DNA from: Octopus vulgaris
Taxonomy: Eukaryota
Direction of reading: 5' to 3'
Assembly (NCBI GenBank): GCA_951406725.2
Contig: OX597832.1
Span: 64,170,001 to 64,234,000 of the forward strand
DNA: 64,000 nt
The position numbers and the translations under genes were made by a program. The notes beneath the pieces were generated by a model. It was not told the DNA's origin. It ran no database searches and was given only the letters and a program-made list of their open reading frames with translations. Positions 57,388 through 64,000 of the stretch are shown one piece after another (within the stretch, counting starts at the first letter, position 1; each line of letters begins with the position of its first letter).

Positions 57388-58370
57388 TTCCAGCCGACTT
57401 CGTAACCCTTCGTATTCATTTTCCTTCTCCCCTCTTTGCATTCCCTCTGTCTCTCTGTCTCTCTATCCTCTTCCACACCCATTTCTCTTTTCTCTCCCCT
57501 CTCTCTCCTTCCATTATTCTTTCTCCTCTTCCGCCAGTTTCTTTCCTTTCCTCTCCTCTTCCCCCTCCTCCTATTCACTCTCCACTCCCACCTAAACACT
57601 CAACCAAATATTAGAGTCTGTGGCCAATTCATTCTGGCAGGAAATACATTAAAGACTTTTATAGCGAATATCACAGACTTTTAACAGAAAATAACAACAA
57701 AAACTGTAGAAACAACAACAACAACAACAACAGAAAAAACGTAAACAACAATAAAAATATCAACAATAATATCTGCAGGAGCAACAACACCGGTAGAAAC
57801 ATCAACATCAAGAAGAACAACGACAACAACAACAACATCATCATCATCATCAGCAGGTACAATCACAACAACAAGAACAACTGCAAAGACAATAGCAATA
57901 TCCAGAACAATAGCAGCAGCGGCAGCGGCAGCAGCAGCAGCAGCAACGACTATAACAACAAAACAAATATAAAGTAAAAATAATCCCGCCAAAAAACAAA
58001 AAAAAAAAAAATCGAATTTTCTGAAACAAATGTAAACTATTGAATATTATGTTGGTGTGTGTGTGTGTGTGCGTGTGTTGTTTCGTGCATGAGTGTGTGA
58101 GATAAAGAGAGAGTATGTGGGGATATGTGCTTTTATTTGTACATGCTTCCAAGTGTGTGCTTATATGTGTGTGTGTGTGTGCATGTGTATGTGCGTATAT
58201 GTATGTGTGTCTGCTTTGATTTGTATGTCTTAAGGTGTGATTGAGTGGGTGTGTGTGTGTGCAGATATATGCACTTGTGTTTGTATATGCCTCAGTATGT
58301 CTTTGAGTGTGTGTGTGTGTGTGTGTGTGTGAAAGTTAGCGAGTATTGATATCTGTGTCTATGAATATGT

Positions 58371-58420
<50 letters not shown>

Positions 58421-58571
58421 GAGTCTTGTTTCATGTATTTCTGTATGTGTGTGTATATGTGTGTCTGTATGTGTATCTCTCAGCGGGTGTGTATGTGTGT
58501 GTTTGTTAGCATTTGCGTATGTGGGAAAGTTAGTGTTGGTGCCTGTACCTCTCGGTTAATGTATGTGTTTG

Positions 58572-58609
<38 letters not shown>

Positions 58610-58789
58610 AGTGTGTGTGTACGTGCAATGTTAGTCTTAGAAATTTCATCTTTTGAATTCCACTTTTAGACATTTGTTCAGATTTTTAAAAGCAAAACTA
58701 CACATTTCCTATCTGTCTGTCTTCCCTCTGTTTGTCTTCCTCTCCCTCATACATACATACATACATACATACATACATACATACATACA

Positions 58790-58820
<31 letters not shown>

Positions 58821-58992
58821 CCACATACTGCGTATACATATACATACATAACATATATATATACACATCCCTCAATATATGTATGAGCATATTTATATAT
58901 GTGTGTGTATGCATACATGGTGTATATATATATATATATGATATATCCATTTCTCTTTATATATTTATATTTATACATGCATATATAAATAA

Positions 58993-59036
<44 letters not shown>

Positions 59037-59639
59037 TGCATACACAAAGGAAAATTGTCCTAACACACACCACCAGAAACATAGACTACACACACACACA
59101 CACACATGTGTTATGTGTATATGCATGTATATATGTGTGTATGTGTGTGTATAACATTTCCTATAGAATTTCAACCAAGTTGCATTTTCATTAGTAATTG
59201 CACACGGAAATGGGAAGACAGAATCAACAAGTCTTGAAAAGAGAGCTGTTGTGAGTTCGACCGCCCGCCCGCCTCCTACTCCTCTCACAACCAATCAACT
59301 GCACACACGCACCAACACTCACCTTCTCCTCACCCTTCACTCCTACTTGTTTAATATTTAAAGTTTACACATTGCTTGGAAAAGTAAACGAACAGGAATC
59401 AAGAACAAAAAAAATGGATAAAAATGAAAAGAAAATATACAATATAGGATCAGACAGACACACATACACACACATTTATATACAGGGAGGTAGGTAGAAG
59501 GGCAGATAAGCATATAGTTTGATAAATGATGAGAGATAAACAATGAGATATGGATAGTTAGACACACAGACAAACAGATAGATAAATAAACAAGCTACAT
59601 CAATTGAGAGATAGACAGACAGATAGATAGAGAAATATA

Positions 59640-59894
59640 TATACTCTTTTACTGGTTTTAGTCAGTTGAGTGTGGCCATGCTGGAGCACCGCTTTTAGTC
59701 GAGCAAATCGACACCAGAGCTTATTCTTTGTAAGCTCAGTACTTATTCTATCGGTTTCTTGTTGCTGAACCGCTAAATTACGGGGACGTAAACACACCAT
59801 CATCTGTTATCAAGCGATGTTAGTGGGGAGGGTAAATACAGACACACAAACATATACACACACATACATATATATATATACACATATATGCAAT

Positions 59895-59967
<73 letters not shown>

Positions 59968-60132
59968 CGACGGGCTTCTTTTAGTTTCTGTCTATCAAAT
60001 CCATTTACAAGGGTGTGGTCAGTCCGAGGCTATAGTAGAAGACACTTGCTCAAGGTGCCACACAGTGGGACTGAACCTGGAACCATGTGTTTCGTAAGCA
60101 AGCTACTTACCATACAGCCACCCCTACTCCTA
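59640..60132 (-). mobile_element. SINE family B, full length with internal (CA)/(TA)n
   Basis: ggccatgctggagcaccgc..tacttattctatcgg..gacacttgctcaaggtgccacacagtgggactgaacc..cttaccatacagccac. Confidence 0.92.
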
Positions 60133-60178
60133 CATATATATATGTATATATATATATATGTGTGTATATATAAATATA

Positions 60179-60244
<66 letters not shown>

Positions 60245-60250
60245 TATATG

Positions 60251-60283
<33 letters not shown>

Positions 60284-60296
60284 GTGTGTATATATA

Positions 60297-60356
<60 letters not shown>

Positions 60357-60357
<1 letters not shown>

Positions 60358-60516
60358 GGGAGTAAACACAAATGTGAAACAAGGTGGAAAAAAGAGTACT
60401 CGAATACCAGTGGTAGAGTAATATGCTTTATTTAAAGCAGCAAAAACTGTCCGATGAACGGCAACGGGAAACTCAGAGTAACAGGTTTTGTTGAATTTTC
60501 TGCTGCTTTAAATAAA

Positions 60517-60520
<4 letters not shown>
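60357..60520. mobile_element. Short fold-back Penelope-like element enclosing a hammerhead motif
   Basis: Inverted arms atatgctttatttaaagcagca and tgctgctttaaataaagtatat, with AATAAA at 60511-60516. Sits within (TA)n. Confidence 0.7.
60441..60490 (+). ncRNA. Minimal type I hammerhead-like motif (CCGAUGA core, GUA cleavage triplet)
   Basis: CAAAAACTGT-CCGATGA-ACGGCAACGG-GAAA-CTC(A)GAG-TA-ACAGGTTTTG. Stems I and III pair; stem II is weak. Confidence 0.6.
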
Positions 60521-60572
<52 letters not shown>

Positions 60573-61253
60573 TTGTAGACGGAGAGATAAATAGCTGGGC
60601 AGGTAAACGAATATATAGATCGGTTAGGTTTAAGATAGATAGACAAATAGAGGGAGTAGTGTGTGTGTATAAAAGATAAATACATAGAGTGAGTGAAAGT
60701 GAAAGAAAGTGAGAAAAGGAGAGAGGGAGATAGAAAGAGAGAGAGAGAGACGGATACCGAGGGAGGCTAGATAGATATATAGTGATAGAAAGAAAAGTGT
60801 GTGTGTGCGTGTCTATATATTATCTAGTGAGAGATATATACGAAGGTATGCCGATAGCTAAAGAGATTCACAGAAAGAGATATCAGACGAAAGTATGAAC
60901 ATGTGGAGAGCACGTAAGACAATAGAATAGTGGAAAGGGAGAAGGAGAGTGGATGTATTGGGAGGATGCATGAATCCAAAAAGATCGAACGTGATGAAGA
61001 ATGTTCTACATTCGTCAAATTTCATTAGCTCACCCCACTATTGGCTAATTGCGAATAACTGCGCATCGACATGCTCGCCATTTCTGCAGTGGAATTTACA
61101 ATTTCGACTGCATTTTATGCATTTAGATAAACAAAAAGAGAAAAGTGAACACAATGTTATTAGTTCTATTATTGTATTTTAATGTGCTTCATATGCGGAT
61201 GTGTATATACGTGTGTATATGCACTTAATGTATATGCACGTGTGTATATACAA

Positions 61254-61289
<36 letters not shown>

Positions 61290-61327
61290 TTGAGTGTATA
61301 TATATATATATGTATGTATGTATATGA

Positions 61328-61376
<49 letters not shown>

Positions 61377-61710
61377 TATACACTTATATACATACACTCA
61401 AATATTTGTCTGTGTATTGCATTTGCAGTAATGAATGCATGCGCAAGCGGCAACAGAAATACGTACACACGGAAACAAGCGTAAGTAGACGCAATCCTAT
61501 ACACAAACGCGCGCGCACACACACATACATATATACATAAACGTACATATGTATACATACACAGACACACGCATATGCACATACATATATATATTAATAT
61601 ACCCGCTTAGCCTTTTACACACATGTACATACATATATGTGCCTATATATATATATGCACATACATATCGATATATACAGATATGCATATGCACACACAT
61701 ATACGGACAC

Positions 61711-61761
<51 letters not shown>

Positions 61762-62120
61762 CATATAAACATACACAAACATATATATAAATATGCATGT
61801 ATCTATACATACACAAACATATGTATATGTATATATATATATATACATACATATCCACCCACATATATATGCAGTAATGAATTATTTATAATTGCTTATA
61901 AATAATTCGCTGAGCTCTTTGTTATACTTAAATTGAAACGAGTTAAAATGTAGTTAGATGAGTTCATAGGAGACTTATTAACATATAGACACACACACAC
62001 ACACATACTCATACGCCATCTTGGTGTTACGGTTATTGTTGGGTTCTTTGTTCTGCCGGCTCTTATTGCTCTTTATAACTGACGTTAGCATGAATAATTA
62101 CTGAAATCAGATAATTAGGG

Positions 62121-62162
<42 letters not shown>

Positions 62163-62197
62163 GTGTATATGTATATATATATGTATATGTATCTGTC

Positions 62198-62251
<54 letters not shown>

Positions 62252-62273
62252 TATGTATATATATATGTATATA

Positions 62274-62318
<45 letters not shown>

Positions 62319-63126
62319 ATAGATATATGTATATACATGTATGTATATATGCGTATGTACAGTTTTAGGTGTCCCTATATAGGTAAGTATGTGTGTATAT
62401 GTCCGTGGGCGCGAGTGCATCCATCCGTTTATCTGCGCATTCAGCAATCTATCCACCCGGCTCTCTTTTTTTAGCTCTCTACGCAACTCTTCGTCTTTCA
62501 ATCTTTGTGTATGCTATATATTTAGAGACACATAGGGATACACATACATGCATATTATGCTGCATATGCCTACTCACACAGAGACATACCTTCATATAGT
62601 CTTGTAGAAACATGTGCACACACACACATATACATACAACATATATTCAAACATTACACGCTCATTTATTTATACGTATGTATGCCAGATGAAGGTGTAT
62701 TTTTTATGGAAGCATGTACGAACGTATCTCATAACTAGACCTGATATGGAGGAAGGTCCTTGTCATTTTGTAGATGAAAACACTAGTGGTGTATGTCTTA
62801 TATCTCAATATTGTGCGGATAATTGATCCTCATTAAAAGAATTGTGAGTACAAAGGGCATTGGAGGACCCTTGAAGGATTGATTTCGATGAGCCGTCGGT
62901 CTGAGACAAGGTTGTATTTTATCTCACGTCTTTAAACATCTTATTTTAAATAGACATGAGGGAAATCAAAAACATATTTTTGCCTTCTTCCACCAACACT
63001 TAATGTTTTTTTTTTTTTTTTTCTACTTGTGTCATTTCCTTTTTGTATTTCATCTTTTTCTTTTGTCTGTTTTGCTTTTTTCATCTCTATTCTATTTGTT
63101 TTTTATTCTTCGCAAATACGCACGAA

Positions 63127-63212
<86 letters not shown>

Positions 63213-63559
63213 CATTTCATATATCTTCTTTCAATTTCTGCTCTCTGCAAATAAATTCTTTTACGGATACAACTGCTTACAAAAATAGGGATTAATGAAT
63301 AATGTCTTTATATGTTCATAATTAAATCAATGATTTAATTATGAGACACAAATCCAATAGAATATCTCTCAGAAACAAACTACGTACAAATTCGTTCTTC
63401 ACAACACTTGAAGCTGTTTTCTGACAGGGGGGCGGGGACTAAGGAAATTTTCATACAGCTGGAGGCTCCAGTCGAAACAGAGGACCCGAAATGCTAAGGT
63501 TGAGATTTACTGTTATAGATTATGCCTAACCGAAAACGATCAAAGCCACATCATCCAAA

Positions 63560-63590
63560 CAGACCGGGTGAAACCGGGCTTAGCTGCTAG
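63560..63590 (+). mobile_element. Probable Helitron 3' terminus
   Basis: GC-rich hairpin ccgg-gtgaaa-ccgg about 10 nt upstream of CTAG, followed by T. The 5' end was not located. Confidence 0.5.
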
Positions 63591-63611
63591 TATATGTATA
63601 TATATATATAT

Positions 63612-63651
<40 letters not shown>

Positions 63652-64000
63652 ACACTCAGACAGAGATGACGAGGCCTACAGGTATATAACATTTATATAT
63701 ACACATAGGAATAAATGATAGCCAAGGAAACAAAAATATATAAAACATAATAGACGGAGAGAAAAGCTGAATAAGACAGGAAACAGAAAACTGTCAGAGC
63801 AGGAAAGACATAACGCGAACGGAAAGCAAATTATAGACACTATATACACACACACACACACATACACAGATATTTATTCAGACACACACACAGATATTTG
63901 TACAGACACACACACGCACATAGTGGTATCCTCACCAGCCAGCACTCATCAAAACGGATTGTATATTGATGAGTATATATCTAGATGTATATAATTTGCT

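Overview
AT-rich, microsatellite-saturated eukaryotic intergenic or intronic DNA. The repeat content suggests an octopus-type cephalopod, but that is an inference and was not tested. No intact host protein-coding gene is supported, and almost all ORFs in the track are translations of (TA)n, (CA)n, (TATC)n or (AAT)n repeats. The complex sequence is mostly transposon-derived: two abundant tRNA-headed SINE families (called A and B here), 3' fragments of two CR1/L2-type LINE families, three decayed R4/Dong-type (RLE) LINE fragments, an (AAT)n-embedded retroposon in two copies, a probable Helitron 3' end, and a decayed Tc1-type transposon. The Tc1 transposase is split by an intronless, 3'-truncated WDR74/NSA1 fragment. 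The most interesting signal is a dispersed set of short non-coding elements with Penelope-like features: minimal type I hammerhead ribozyme motifs with unusual cores (CCGAUGA, CUGUNGA) and fold-back inverted ends. One of these is a TSD-bounded element that joins a tRNA-like Pol III head to a hammerhead-bearing tail (16178-16636). All structures and alignments were read by eye and need computational confirmation.
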